Part shown: piece after piece, positions 48,173 through 58,323 of the stretch
Numbering within the stretch: the stretch's first letter is position 1
Layout of the letters: each line of letters begins with the position of its first letter
Source of the DNA: Syntrophales bacterium
GTDB taxonomy: Bacteria; Desulfobacterota; Syntrophia; Syntrophales; UBA2210
Length of the DNA: 64,000 nt
NCBI GenBank assembly: GCA_963662405.2
Contig: CAXXKT010000001.1
Span: 1,184,001 to 1,248,000, forward strand
Direction: 5' to 3'
Position numbers and translations under genes: made by a program
Notes under the pieces: generated by a model
Seen by the model: only the letters and a program-made list of their open reading frames with translations
Databases searched by the model: none
Told to the model about the DNA's origin: nothing

Positions 48173-48213
48173 TCACCTGCTCCATCGCATTTTTGAAAGG
48201 CCTCTCAAATGAA

Positions 48214-49095
48214 TCAGGTCCCTTCTCCGGTCTTACGGAGGAGGAGATGCCAGTCCTCGGTCACCATCTCCTGGATCTGCTCCCGGTCGGCCTCGGTCAG
48301 GTGCCCGAAGCGCCCCTGGAGCTTCAGGTACTCGCTGACCGGAAAACCACGGGGAGTGTGATTGAGGGTGTAGTGCACGCCGTCTGTGACCTCGTAGAGT
48401 GGAAAGATGCAGGTTTCCACGGCCATCCGCGCGATCCTGACCGACATCTCTGAGGGCATTCGCCACCCGGTGGGGCAGGTCGTATAGATGTGGAGGAAGC
48501 GGGAACCTTTTGTCTCCCGTGCCCGCCGGACCTTTTTGACCAGATCTTCGGGGAAGGCGATGCTCGCCGTTGCGGCGTACGGGATGCGGTGGGCGGCGAG
48601 GGCCTCGACGATATTCTTTTTGCGTCCCCGTTTCCACTGGATCCCGGGAGTCGTAGTGGTCCACGCGCCGTACGGGGTGGCGGAGCTGCGCTGGATGCCC
48701 GTGTTCATGTAGGCCTCGTTATCATAGCATACATAGATGAAATCCTCGTTCCGCTCGACGGCCCCGCTCAGGGCCTGGAAGCCGATGTCGAAGGTCCCCC
48801 CGTCGCCGGCCCAGGTGACGACGACCGTTTCTGTGTCCCCTTTCGCGTCCAGGGCCGCGCGGACACCGCTCGCGACGGCTCCCCCCGCTTCGAAGGCGGA
48901 GTGGATGAGGGGGACCTGGAGGGTCGACTGGGGGTAGGGCCCCGCGATGATCGACCAGCAGCAGGCGGGGAGGACTATAATGGTCTTTTCACCCATGGCC
49001 TTGAGAAAGAACTTCATGGCAATGGCGGCGCCGCAGCCGGGACACCCCACGTGTCCGGAGTACATATAATCCTCTTCAGGGATGTTTAAGCGCAT
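48214..49095 (-). CDS. 2-oxoacid oxidoreductase beta subunit (second cluster)
   Basis: GHVGCPGCG, AGDGGTFDIG and DNEAYMNTGIQRS motifs. Confidence 0.92.
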   Translation of the reverse strand: MRLNIPEEDYMYSGHVGCPGCGAAIAMKFFLKAMGEKTIIVLPACCWSIIAGPYPQSTLQVPLIHSAFEAGGAVASGVRAALDAKGDTETVVVTWAGDGGTFDIGFQALSGAVERNEDFIYVCYDNEAYMNTGIQRSSATPYGAWTTTTPGIQWKRGRKKNIVEALAAHRIPYAATASIAFPEDLVKKVRRARETKGSRFLHIYTTCPTGWRMPSEMSVRIARMAVETCIFPLYEVTDGVHYTLNHTPRGFPVSEYLKLQGRFGHLTEADREQIQEMVTEDWHLLLRKTGEGT

Positions 49096-50254
49096 CAGGC
49101 ACCTCCTTGAGACCGATCCAGATATCCTCCCGTTCGGGCCGGTCCGCCGCCGCCGTCTGCCGGTAGATCCCCTCTAGGATCTCTTGTGTAACGTCGCGGC
49201 CCCCGATCCCGGCGACAAACCCGAAGACGGGAGGGTGCCCGGGGGTATTGCACAGGGCCGCCCGGATCTCCTGCGCGAAGATACCGCTCGCGCCGAAGGA
49301 GAAATTCCGGTCGATGACGGCCACCTTCCGTGCCGGGGTGAGGACCCGGCGGATCTCTTCCACGGGGAAGGGCCTGAAGAGTTTGACCTTGAGGAGACCC
49401 GCCTTTTCTCCCCGCTCGCGCAGGTCGTCGACCAGCGCGCGACAGGTGCTCGTCATGGTCCCCGATGTGACAAGGATGATCTCCGCGTCGTCACACCGGA
49501 CCGGCTCGACGGCGGTCCAACGGCGACCGCAGATCTCGGCGAACCGCTCTTCCACCGTGGGAAGAACTTCCCGGGCGGCCTCCATCCCCTCGGCGATGCT
49601 GCGGCGCATCTCCATATAGGTATCCGGCGTCACCAGCGACCCGAAGGCGCAGGGATGAGCCGTGTCGAGCTGGAAGTGCGGGGTAAAGGGGGGGAGAAAG
49701 CGATCGATGGTCCCCTGTTCCGGGATATCGACTGGTTCATAGGTGTGGGAAAGGAAGAAGGCGTCCAGGACGACCATGACGGGGAGATTGACCTGCTCCG
49801 CCAGGGAAAAGGCCTGGATGGTCGTATCGAGGGTCTCCTGTCCGTCCTCGCAGTAGAGCTGAATCCAGCCGGTGTCCCTCTGGGCCAGACTGTCCGTCTG
49901 ATCGGTCCAGATGTTCCACCCCGGTCCCAGGGAGCGGTTCACCTCGGCCATGACGATCGGGAGGCGCGCCCCCGATGCCCAGTGCAGAAGCTCATGCATC
50001 AGGGCCAGCCCCTGGGACGAGGTCGCCGTAAAGGTCCGCACGCCGCTGCTCGCCGCCCCGATCAGGGCCGCCAGGGCGGAGTGTTCGCTTTCCACCTTCA
50101 GGAACCGGGCATCCAGGGTCCCGTCGGAGCAAAAGCCGGAGAGGGTCTCGACGATATGCGTCTGGGGGGTGATCGGATAGGCAGAGATGACGCTGACCCG
50201 GGCCAGACGGACCGCTTCCGCCACGGCCTGACTCCCCTCAATCACCTTCTTCAT
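49076..50254 (-). CDS. 2-oxoacid oxidoreductase alpha subunit (second cluster)
   Basis: SAYPITPQT, VESEHSA, TATSSQGL and FRPFP motifs. Confidence 0.92.
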   Translation of the reverse strand: MKKVIEGSQAVAEAVRLARVSVISAYPITPQTHIVETLSGFCSDGTLDARFLKVESEHSALAALIGAASSGVRTFTATSSQGLALMHELLHWASGARLPIVMAEVNRSLGPGWNIWTDQTDSLAQRDTGWIQLYCEDGQETLDTTIQAFSLAEQVNLPVMVVLDAFFLSHTYEPVDIPEQGTIDRFLPPFTPHFQLDTAHPCAFGSLVTPDTYMEMRRSIAEGMEAAREVLPTVEERFAEICGRRWTAVEPVRCDDAEIILVTSGTMTSTCRALVDDLRERGEKAGLLKVKLFRPFPVEEIRRVLTPARKVAVIDRNFSFGASGIFAQEIRAALCNTPGHPPVFGFVAGIGGRDVTQEILEGIYRQTAAADRPEREDIWIGLKEVPDALKHP

Positions 50255-52001
50255 ATGCCTCCTCCTCCAGGATCAGGGCGTTACGGGGACACTCGACGGC
50301 ACAGACCCCGCACCCCTTGCAGTAGTCGTAATCGATATGCCTCCCCAGGGGGCCGGAGTCCTTCTTCACGGCCAGGTCGGGGCAGAAGAGATAGCAGTTG
50401 TCGCACTGATTGCACAGCCCGCAGTTGAAGCACCGCTCCGCTTCCCTGATGGCGAGGTTCGCCGATATCCTGAGATGCACCTCCCCGAAGGAGCGGACCC
50501 GCTCCTCGCGAAGGAGGCGGGGCTGTCTCAGGCGGGGATCGAACTGGAAATAGGCCGTGTTGATCTCGTCGGCAGTGACGACGTGGGGGCTGCGTTCGCT
50601 GCGGGGGCCCTCCATATAGATCTCCATCGACAGGGCGTCCTCCTGACCGACGCGGCACGTCGCCAGCCGCGGTTCCACCGCATCGCTCCCCTTCGCCAAA
50701 AGGGTGTCGAGGATCATGGCCGCCTCTTTCCCCGATGCGATGGCGTGGGCGACGCTTTTCGTTGTATTGGTCAGGTCGCCGCCGTAGACGACGGGTCCGT
50801 CTGCCTTCTGCTGCAGGACGCAATGGCTGAAACGCAGGACCCCATCCCCCGTATCGGGAGGTTCGTACCACGACTGACCGGCCCGCTCTCCGACGGCCGT
50901 GAAGAGGCGGTCGACCCTGATCTCTTCCGTAACTTTGCTCTCCGGTTCGATGTGGGCCCGTCCGTCGGCATCGGTCCCGGCGACCCGCATCGGTTGCACC
51001 GTCACGATAAGCCCGTCGCCGGTACTCATGATCGATACGGGTGCCAGCAGTTCCCGCAGTCCCACCCCCTCGTCGAGGGCCATGGAGATCTCTTCGCCGA
51101 AGGCGGGCATGTCCCGGCGTCTGCGCCGATAGATGATCAGGGCCTTTCCCCCGAGGCGGATAACGGAGCGGGCCACGTCGACGGCGGTGTTCCCCCCGCC
51201 GATGACAGCCGAGAGACCGTTGCAGGGGGTGTGTGTCCCCTCGCGGATCTCGCGGAGGAAGGTAAGGCCATTCCGCACCCCCGGCAGTTCTTCCCCGGGG
51301 ACACCCAGCGCCGCCGAACGGCCGTGACCGCAGGCGATAACGAGGGCGTCGTATTCCTTGGCGAATCGTTCCCTGTCCTTCGGGGAGATCGGTCTTTTCG
51401 TCTGGATCCTGACACCGAGGTCCTCGATCCGCCGGATCTCGTCCCGCAGGACGGCAAGGGGGAGCCGGTAGAGGGGGATCCCCCACCGGAGGATTCCCCC
51501 GGCCTCGTCCGCCTCCTCGAAGAGCTCGGCCTGGTAGCCGAGGATCGTCAGGAAGTACCCCGCCGACAGGCCGGCGGGACCGGCACCGATGACGGCGATC
51601 TTTTTTTGCTTCGGAGCGAGCCGCCTCACCTCCTGCGTGAATGCATTCCGGCGGGCCGTGTTGGCGAGGAAGCCTTCTATGACGTGGATGGTGATCGCCT
51701 CGTCGAATTGCCCGCGGTTGCAGGCATCCTCACAGGGGTGGAAGCAGACGCGACCACAGATCCCCGGAAGGGGGTTTTCTCGGAGGATGGTATCCCACGC
51801 CTCCTTGAAGAGACCCTGCGTGGTCAGCATCTCGACCTTTCCGATATCTTCGGCGGCGGGACAGGCCTGGCTGCAGGGGGCCGTTTTCTCTTGGAACCGT
51901 GGCCGGAGAAACCGCCATGAACCCGTCTTGTTCCCCTCCGTCGTCAGGTATGAGCGGGGGATGAAGAGGGATACCGCCGCAGTATCGGTGTGCTTACTCA
52001 T
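50238..52001 (-). CDS. PorD-like delta subunit with an inserted GltD-like FAD/NAD(P) domain
   Basis: N-terminal KTGSWRFLRP; APCSQACP, GRVCFHPCE, GAGPAG, GGGNTAVD; C-terminal CDNCYLFCPD...IDYDYCKGCGVCAVECP. Confidence 0.88.
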   Translation of the reverse strand: MSKHTDTAAVSLFIPRSYLTTEGNKTGSWRFLRPRFQEKTAPCSQACPAAEDIGKVEMLTTQGLFKEAWDTILRENPLPGICGRVCFHPCEDACNRGQFDEAITIHVIEGFLANTARRNAFTQEVRRLAPKQKKIAVIGAGPAGLSAGYFLTILGYQAELFEEADEAGGILRWGIPLYRLPLAVLRDEIRRIEDLGVRIQTKRPISPKDRERFAKEYDALVIACGHGRSAALGVPGEELPGVRNGLTFLREIREGTHTPCNGLSAVIGGGNTAVDVARSVIRLGGKALIIYRRRRRDMPAFGEEISMALDEGVGLRELLAPVSIMSTGDGLIVTVQPMRVAGTDADGRAHIEPESKVTEEIRVDRLFTAVGERAGQSWYEPPDTGDGVLRFSHCVLQQKADGPVVYGGDLTNTTKSVAHAIASGKEAAMILDTLLAKGSDAVEPRLATCRVGQEDALSMEIYMEGPRSERSPHVVTADEINTAYFQFDPRLRQPRLLREERVRSFGEVHLRISANLAIREAERCFNCGLCNQCDNCYLFCPDLAVKKDSGPLGRHIDYDYCKGCGVCAVECPRNALILEEEAYEEGD

Positions 52002-52569
52002 GGTCGTCCCCTGTCCGTTCCAGCCGCCGGAGTTCCCTGAAGGCGTCTTCGGCGGCCCGTATGTTCGATTCCGTGGCGATCGTGATCTCTTCCCCGATGG
52101 CCTGTGCGACATCATCAAGGGGGGGCATCCCGAGGAGAGAGGCGAAGGCCCCGATCATCGCGGTATTGACGATCGGGTGGGTGCGACTTCCCAACGTGTG
52201 ATTCAGCGCAATCCGGGTCGCGTCGACGGTTGCCACGGGAAAGGGCGCAAAGGCGTCCGTTCCGGTAAAGGATTCGGGGGCGTTGATCAGGATCCATCCA
52301 CCGGGTTTCAACCCCCGGGTGACGTCGATGTTCTGGAGGAGCGTCCGATCCTGGACAACGACATGGTCGGGGGTGTAGACGTTGGTCCTCGCGAGGATCT
52401 TCGTATCGTCCAGCCGGAGGTAGGCCTCCACGGGTGCCCCTCGCCGCTCCACCCCGAAGACGGGAAAGGTCTGGACCTGGAACCCCGCCCGGAAGAATGC
52501 CTTGGCAAGGATAATTGCCCCAACGACCGTCCCCTGTCCCCCGCGGCCGTGAAAGCGGATCTCCGTCAT
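51994..52569 (-). CDS. 2-oxoacid oxidoreductase gamma subunit (second cluster)
   Basis: EIRFHGRGGQG and FGVERRGAPV motifs. Confidence 0.92.
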   Translation of the reverse strand: MTEIRFHGRGGQGTVVGAIILAKAFFRAGFQVQTFPVFGVERRGAPVEAYLRLDDTKILARTNVYTPDHVVVQDRTLLQNIDVTRGLKPGGWILINAPESFTGTDAFAPFPVATVDATRIALNHTLGSRTHPIVNTAMIGAFASLLGMPPLDDVAQAIGEEITIATESNIRAAEDAFRELRRLERTGDDHE

Positions 52570-53186
52570 CGAGCGTTTCCTCTCTGGCCTGGGTGGCTCC
52601 AGACCGTCACCACGGCGGTGGCCGGTTTCCCCTCGAGTCCCCTGAAACTGTGGTTGATCTCCGATTCGAAATAGAGCGAATCGCCGGGATGGAGGATCTC
52701 GATCCGGTCATCCGTCCGGAATTCCAGGGTCCCGTCGAGGATGTAGAGAAACTCCTCGCCGGGGTGGTTGACGAAGACCATCTCTTCCGTTCCCATGGGC
52801 TGAAATTCGACGAAGAGCGGCTCCATATGCTTGTTCGGTTTCTGGGTCTCCAACGATTCGTAGATGTAATCCACCTCGCCTTGGTGATGGTGGGGTCTCC
52901 TCTCGATCCTGACGCGCTCACCGGCACGGGTCACGGAGATCCTCACCTCGCCGGAGAGTTCTTCGAAGAAATAGGCCATGCTGACCCCCAGTGATTGGGC
53001 CAGCTTGATCAGGGTTGCTACCGGGGGGATGACCTCGCCGCTTTCGATCTCTTCCAGAACCGTTCGGTCGATCTCCGTTTTCGTCGCCATATCCTGGAGC
53101 GTATACCGTCTCTTTTCCCTCAGCTCCCGGGCCTTGACGCCGATCTTCAACCCCTCAACGGTATGCGGGTTTTTTCCTGCAGTCAT
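52566..53186 (-). CDS. XRE-family HTH plus cupin transcriptional regulator
   Basis: IG...LRE...TLQDMA...IESGEVIPPVATL..LA helix-turn-helix; HPGEEFLYILDG and GDSLYFES..H cupin. Confidence 0.92.
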   Translation of the reverse strand: MTAGKNPHTVEGLKIGVKARELREKRRYTLQDMATKTEIDRTVLEEIESGEVIPPVATLIKLAQSLGVSMAYFFEELSGEVRISVTRAGERVRIERRPHHHQGEVDYIYESLETQKPNKHMEPLFVEFQPMGTEEMVFVNHPGEEFLYILDGTLEFRTDDRIEILHPGDSLYFESEINHSFRGLEGKPATAVVTVWSHPGQRGNAR

Positions 53187-53502
53187 GATCGTACCTCTCG
53201 CTGCGAGAATATATGAATGATGGTTTTGATTCTTTTACGGTACCACCCGCGTGGCATGCCCCCTCGGAATGAAGGAGAAACGGAATGATGAGAGATGAAA
53301 TGACGAGTGGGAGCGCCGACTCAACTGGAAGCATGATACCCGGATCTCTTCACACTATGATTGTTACATACATGAGATCGACGATTTTATCAATGGGATC
53401 TTTCCGGAAATGGGTTTTGGATCCGGTGGGGTACGGTCATTGGTCAGGGAAACACACCCCCGGTGAGAACGGGGGTGTGCATGCGATGGCGTCAGGCCAT
53501 GA

Positions 53503-54489
53503 TTACGAAAACCGGCCGAGGTTATTTTGTAATATCGCTTCGGCGTCCCGGACGATCCCGTCGAGGAGCTCCCTGCAGGTGAGGACGTTATGGATCAGGC
53601 CGATCGATTGACCGACGGCGATCATCCCCCGGTTCATCTCTCCCTTCTGCCAGATCTCATCCCCCAGCGCACCGGCGATGTGGGGCAGGATTTCCTCCAG
53701 ACCGCCGCCGCGTGCCTCGATCTTCATGACCTCCCGGATTGAATCGTTCATGAGTGCCCGTCCCTGCAGGCCGATCGAGTTTCCGTACAGAACGGTCTCA
53801 TTTTCCTGCCGGCGAATCATCTCTTCATGGACCTTCTCATGGACCGCGCACTCAGCGGTGTTGATGAAGCGGGATGCCATCATGATCCCCTCCGCTCCCA
53901 GACAGAGCGCTGCCGCCAGACCGCGTCCATCCGCCATCCCTCCCGTTGTGACCACCGGGATCGAGAGTTCCTCGGCCATACGCGGAGTCAGGACGGTGGT
54001 GGCGACATTTTCGTTCAGGGGGTGTCCTCCCTCCTCGACACCGGCAGCGAAGACGGCGTCGTACCCCGCCTTCTCGGCCGACTTTCCGTGCCTGACCGAG
54101 CCCACCTTATGAAACAGCTTCACCCCGGCATCCTTCAGTTTCTTGAAGTAGACGCCGTCCTTGAACCGGTTCAGAGGGGTACCGCTGATCTCTGCCGCCG
54201 GGACGTTTTCTTCTGCCATGGTATCGAAATACATGCTGTACCGATCATCCGAAATCCCGATCGAAGGAAGCAGCGTGACATTCACGATGAAGGGCCGGTC
54301 CGTCAGACGCCGGGTCTCAGCAATGGCACTGCGAAACGATTCTTTGTCCTCATACATGCCCGCCGTCAGGTTCCCCAGTCCGCCGGCGTTGGATATGGCC
54401 GCGCACAGGGGGGGATAGGCCAGGCGCATCATGCCGCCGCATGCGATCGGGTATTCAATCCCCATCAACTCCGTCAGTCTCGTCTTCAT
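53503..54489 (-). CDS. Nitronate monooxygenase/FabK-family flavoprotein
   Basis: TRLTELMGIEYPI, AAISNAGGLG, EEGGH and GGMADGRGLAAAL motifs. Confidence 0.9.
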   Translation of the reverse strand: MKTRLTELMGIEYPIACGGMMRLAYPPLCAAISNAGGLGNLTAGMYEDKESFRSAIAETRRLTDRPFIVNVTLLPSIGISDDRYSMYFDTMAEENVPAAEISGTPLNRFKDGVYFKKLKDAGVKLFHKVGSVRHGKSAEKAGYDAVFAAGVEEGGHPLNENVATTVLTPRMAEELSIPVVTTGGMADGRGLAAALCLGAEGIMMASRFINTAECAVHEKVHEEMIRRQENETVLYGNSIGLQGRALMNDSIREVMKIEARGGGLEEILPHIAGALGDEIWQKGEMNRGMIAVGQSIGLIHNVLTCRELLDGIVRDAEAILQNNLGRFS

Positions 54490-54527
54490 CTGTTCGTACT
54501 CCTTTTCTCGCGTTCTGGTGTGATGAG

Positions 54528-55499
54528 TTATATGTGGTCCTTCAAGAACGGTATCATCAGGTCGTTGATCTCGAGGGGGCGCTCCTGCTGAATCCAGTGA
54601 CCGGCCGCGGGGATCAGGACCTTCTGCTTGAGGTCGGGGACGGATTCATCCATCCGATCAAAGACGCCGCGACTGAAGGTGATGACGCCGTCCAGTTCCC
54701 CGGCTATGAAGAGGGTTGGTTGCCGGATCTTTGCTTCATTGAGAAAGGGGGTGAGCTCCCAGTTCCGATCGATGTTCCGGTACCAGTTGATCCCGCCGCG
54801 GAAACCTGTCTGCGTGAATGCCTCGGTGAAAAATTCGATATCCCCTTCGGTCAACCAGGGGGGGAGGGTATCGGGGACACAGGAGGTGTCGATAAACCGT
54901 TGACCCTTGGGAAAGACAAACTGCCAGCGTTTCTCGGGAGGCGGGTCACCGGAGGCCGCATAGAGAGAGCCGAGGATGAACGCCCTGACATCCTCTTCAA
55001 GTTCCTTTTCAATCCTGCCCTGCTCCTGAAAGTAGAGGATATAAAATTCGAGGTCCTGGCCACCCAGCAGCTTGCTCATCCCCTCCGTGGGCCTTCGGCT
55101 CTTCCATGAGCGTGAGGCAAAGGGGACGCTCAGCAGGATTACCTGTTTGAAGATGTCCGGTCTCATGAGGGCACAATGCTGGGCAACCGTTGATCCCCAG
55201 TCGTGCCCGACGATAACGGCTTCCTCTTCTCCCAGGGCATGGACCAGGCCGACGATATCCCCGACCAGATGAAAGATATCGTATGCCTCCACCGGGTCGG
55301 GCCGGTCGGTACGGCCGTAACCGCGCTGATCGGGGGCGACGGCGTGAAATCCGGCGGCCGCCAGGGCCGGCAACTGATGCCGCCAAGAGTAGCCCAGTTC
55401 CGGAAATCCGTGGCAGAGAATAACGAGGGGTCCTTCTCCCTGCTCGGTGATGTGCATGGTAATCCCGTTGGTCTCAATCGTACGGTGGCGTTCTTCCAT
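54528..55499 (-). CDS. Epoxide hydrolase-like alpha/beta hydrolase
   Basis: LCHGFPE, APDQRGYG, GHDWG, INWYRN and GHWIQQE motifs. Confidence 0.92.
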   Translation of the reverse strand: MEERHRTIETNGITMHITEQGEGPLVILCHGFPELGYSWRHQLPALAAAGFHAVAPDQRGYGRTDRPDPVEAYDIFHLVGDIVGLVHALGEEEAVIVGHDWGSTVAQHCALMRPDIFKQVILLSVPFASRSWKSRRPTEGMSKLLGGQDLEFYILYFQEQGRIEKELEEDVRAFILGSLYAASGDPPPEKRWQFVFPKGQRFIDTSCVPDTLPPWLTEGDIEFFTEAFTQTGFRGGINWYRNIDRNWELTPFLNEAKIRQPTLFIAGELDGVITFSRGVFDRMDESVPDLKQKVLIPAAGHWIQQERPLEINDLMIPFLKDHI

Positions 55500-55534
55500 T
55501 GGATCCTCCTTTTCTGGGTTGTACAAGGCTCGGT

Positions 55535-56392
55535 CTATTCGTTTATATAGGGCACCTCATCCCACCACGGATAAAAGTCCGGCATGTCCCGGCCCGGTTT
55601 CATCGAAAAGGCCGGGGGACGTTTTGCGAGGAAAGCTTTCACCCCTTCCTCCGTATCGGGTGATGACAGCATATACCCGAAGGCCTTCGATTCGATGATG
55701 TGGGTGTTCATGGGGTGCCGTTCACACAGCATCTTCCAGATCATCTGCCGGGCCAGGGCGGTGGATACGGCGGAGGTGTTGTCCGCGATCTCACGCGCGA
55801 TCCGGGTGGCCGTCGGGATCAGTTCTTCCGGGGCGGTCACCCGGCTGAAGAGCCCCAGTTCCAGCCCTTCCCGGGCGTCGAAGAGGCGACCCGTGAGGAT
55901 CAGCTCCGCCGCCGTGCTGACGCCGAGAATCCGCGGGAGAAAGTAGGTACAGCACCCCTCGGGGACGACCCCCCTCCGGTCAAAGACAAACCCGATTTTT
56001 TTGGCGCCCTCGGAGGCGATTCGGATGTCCATGGCCATGGTCATGGTAATCCCGACGCCGACGGCGTTCCCGTTGATCGCCCCGATGACGGGCTTTTTCA
56101 TATTGAAGAGACGCATGGTGACCTGCCCCGCCGAGTCGCGGAAGGGTTTGTTCCCCTCGGGATCGTCGGGATTTTGAAATCCTCCGGCGGCCAGATCCGC
56201 TCCAGCGCAGTACGCCCGCCCGGCCCCGGTGAAGATCACTACCCGGACCGCGTCGTCACGGTCGGCCTCATCCAGCGCCTGCAGGATCTCCTGCATCATG
56301 ACGGGTGTCCAGGCGTTGAGTACCTCCGGTCGGTTGAGTGTAATAGTGGCGATGCGGTCCGCCACGGCATAGGCTATCTGTTCGTACTTCAT
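55535..56392 (-). CDS. Crotonase/enoyl-CoA hydratase family protein
   Basis: ITLNRPE.LNA, RAYCAGADL and AINGNAVGVG motifs. Confidence 0.92.
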   Translation of the reverse strand: MKYEQIAYAVADRIATITLNRPEVLNAWTPVMMQEILQALDEADRDDAVRVVIFTGAGRAYCAGADLAAGGFQNPDDPEGNKPFRDSAGQVTMRLFNMKKPVIGAINGNAVGVGITMTMAMDIRIASEGAKKIGFVFDRRGVVPEGCCTYFLPRILGVSTAAELILTGRLFDAREGLELGLFSRVTAPEELIPTATRIAREIADNTSAVSTALARQMIWKMLCERHPMNTHIIESKAFGYMLSSPDTEEGVKAFLAKRPPAFSMKPGRDMPDFYPWWDEVPYINE

Positions 56393-56646
56393 GAAATTAT
56401 TCCTCCAAAGCGATATATGGGGATGTCCTAGCAGGTTCCGGGCCAAATGGCAATTCCTTTCAGGAGACCCGGAGGGGGGGCGGAAACGAGGGACAGGACT
56501 TCATGGAAGGGCACATCTCACGGGAAGCAGGGACAGGGAGAGGAGATGCCAAGATCTCCTCCGTCGGGCGGTGCGGCCTTCTCGATACACATATGATCCC
56601 GCATCGCGGGATCGCTGATAATAGCTGAAAAACTCGAGAGATTTCT

Positions 56647-57342
56647 TCAATGCCGCAGGGATGTGATCGTCTGATCTATAATCTCCCTAATCTCCCGGGG
56701 GGTCTCTTGCTTCATCCTGCCGATGAGCCCCGCGTTTTTGTTCAGCGACCGGGCGAAGGCAACGGCCTCGTTCATCAGGTCTTCGGGGGGACAGGCCTTC
56801 TTGATGATGTGGTGTTCCTCGCACTCCTGTGCGGTGAGTCTTCTTCCGGTATACTGCATCTCCTCGAATTTGTACTGGGGGACCGCCCGCCGCGCGATAG
56901 CCGAGAGGACCGGCCCCAGGGTCATATTGATATCCACTTCGGGGAGACAGATCCACCCCTTGTCCGCGCGCATGAACCGGAAATCGAGGGCGAATGCCAG
57001 AAAAGCCCCGCCGGCAAAGGCGTGACCGTTGATGGCTGCGATGGTCGGCATGGGAAAGGTGAGGACACGTTCCAGGAAGCGGTACATCGCGGTGAGAAAT
57101 CGATCCATCATCTCCGGTCCCTCCTCTTCGACGGCGGGAAGGAACCAGTCCAGGTCGATGCCGTTGGACCAGATTTTTGTATCCGCGGAATTGACAACGA
57201 GGGCATTCGCTTCAGTTGCGTGTTCGATCTCGTCGAGGGCACCCAAGAACGTTTCCATAAATGGAAAGTTAAATCGATTTTCACCACCGTTCATCGTTAC
57301 CACGGCAACCCGCTCGTTCAGTTTATATACAACTTTCGACAT
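56647..57342 (-). CDS. Enoyl-CoA delta-isomerase-like crotonase
   Basis: WSNGIDL, PTIAAINGHAFAGG and CLPEVDI motifs. Confidence 0.88.
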   Translation of the reverse strand: MSKVVYKLNERVAVVTMNGGENRFNFPFMETFLGALDEIEHATEANALVVNSADTKIWSNGIDLDWFLPAVEEEGPEMMDRFLTAMYRFLERVLTFPMPTIAAINGHAFAGGAFLAFALDFRFMRADKGWICLPEVDINMTLGPVLSAIARRAVPQYKFEEMQYTGRRLTAQECEEHHIIKKACPPEDLMNEAVAFARSLNKNAGLIGRMKQETPREIREIIDQTITSLRH

Positions 57343-57404
57343 TGTCGATTCCTTTCTCCTGATATCCCGTCTCAGTTTCTTGTGGCACAGAACGACAAAC
57401 GGCG

Positions 57405-58223
57405 TCAGATGTCGTGCAGCTTCTCCGGCGCCAGATCTTCCCTCACGTCGGTGACGCCGGGCACTGCCCTGACGGCATCCAGGAGATCATCCTTCGATTC
57501 CAGGGGGTTGATGAGTCCGGTGAGGATTATGACCCCGGTTTCGGGGACATCGACGTGGATAGTCTTTGCGCTGAGACTTGTCTTTTTGACCGCCGTTGTG
57601 GCCATCTTTTTGAGGCTGTATCGTTCCATGGTCTCCAGGGCCTTGAGGCTGCAGGTGTTGATGATTTCGGACCGGGCAACGGAGAGAATGAGATCGGCGG
57701 CGGCATCGTTCCCCAGCTTGTCCTTGTTGACGATCAGATCGTAGAGCCCCGGGCTGTCCCAGTCCATATCGAAGGAATAACTCATGAACCCTCTCTTGCT
57801 GCTGTCGTCGGCACGGATGATCTTCAGGGCGGCCTCGTGACTGATTCCCTGCGAAGATCGCAGAGCCTCAATGCGGGTTTCCTTCGACGAGTGGATACGG
57901 ACATGGAGGGCACAGCCGAAGTCACGCAGGAGAAATTGAGCGCCGTGTCCAATGATCACTCCCTCTCCCCGGCGTGAGATTTCGTACACGACCGCCTCGA
58001 GAAGCTCGAGGTATGACTGGGGTCTGAACTCAAGGACACGGCTGAAAAACCCCGGCGCCTTTTCGTCAAGACTCCCCAGTTCTTTTGGAGAGAGGCCCAT
58101 AGCGATGGATTCCTCCCTGATTTTTTCATCGTTATACAGCGGCACTGACACCCCGTCAGCCACGCGCCGGGCGATCTCGGGTCCGCCGCACCCAATCCCT
58201 GCTGTGATCGTAATCAATGCCAT
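57405..58223 (-). CDS. Cytidylate-kinase-like protein with C-terminal BON-like domain
   Basis: ITITAGIGCGG.EIA, VIIGHGAQ and YDLIVN; C-terminal GVIILTG...VPGVTDV. Confidence 0.82.
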   Translation of the reverse strand: MALITITAGIGCGGPEIARRVADGVSVPLYNDEKIREESIAMGLSPKELGSLDEKAPGFFSRVLEFRPQSYLELLEAVVYEISRRGEGVIIGHGAQFLLRDFGCALHVRIHSSKETRIEALRSSQGISHEAALKIIRADDSSKRGFMSYSFDMDWDSPGLYDLIVNKDKLGNDAAADLILSVARSEIINTCSLKALETMERYSLKKMATTAVKKTSLSAKTIHVDVPETGVIILTGLINPLESKDDLLDAVRAVPGVTDVREDLAPEKLHDI

Positions 58224-58323
58224 GACGATATCTCCTTTTCTGATGAAGGCCGGCGGTTTCCCGGTTCGAACGGTCTGGAGAGAGGTGCCGGCGATGTTCG
58301 CCCTCGGCGATGGTGAATTACCC

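Noticed and set aside
53285..53611. 108-aa plus-strand ORF with an AAGGAG RBS
   Set aside because: It runs through a terminator-like hairpin and into the antisense of the FabK-like gene, with no motif.
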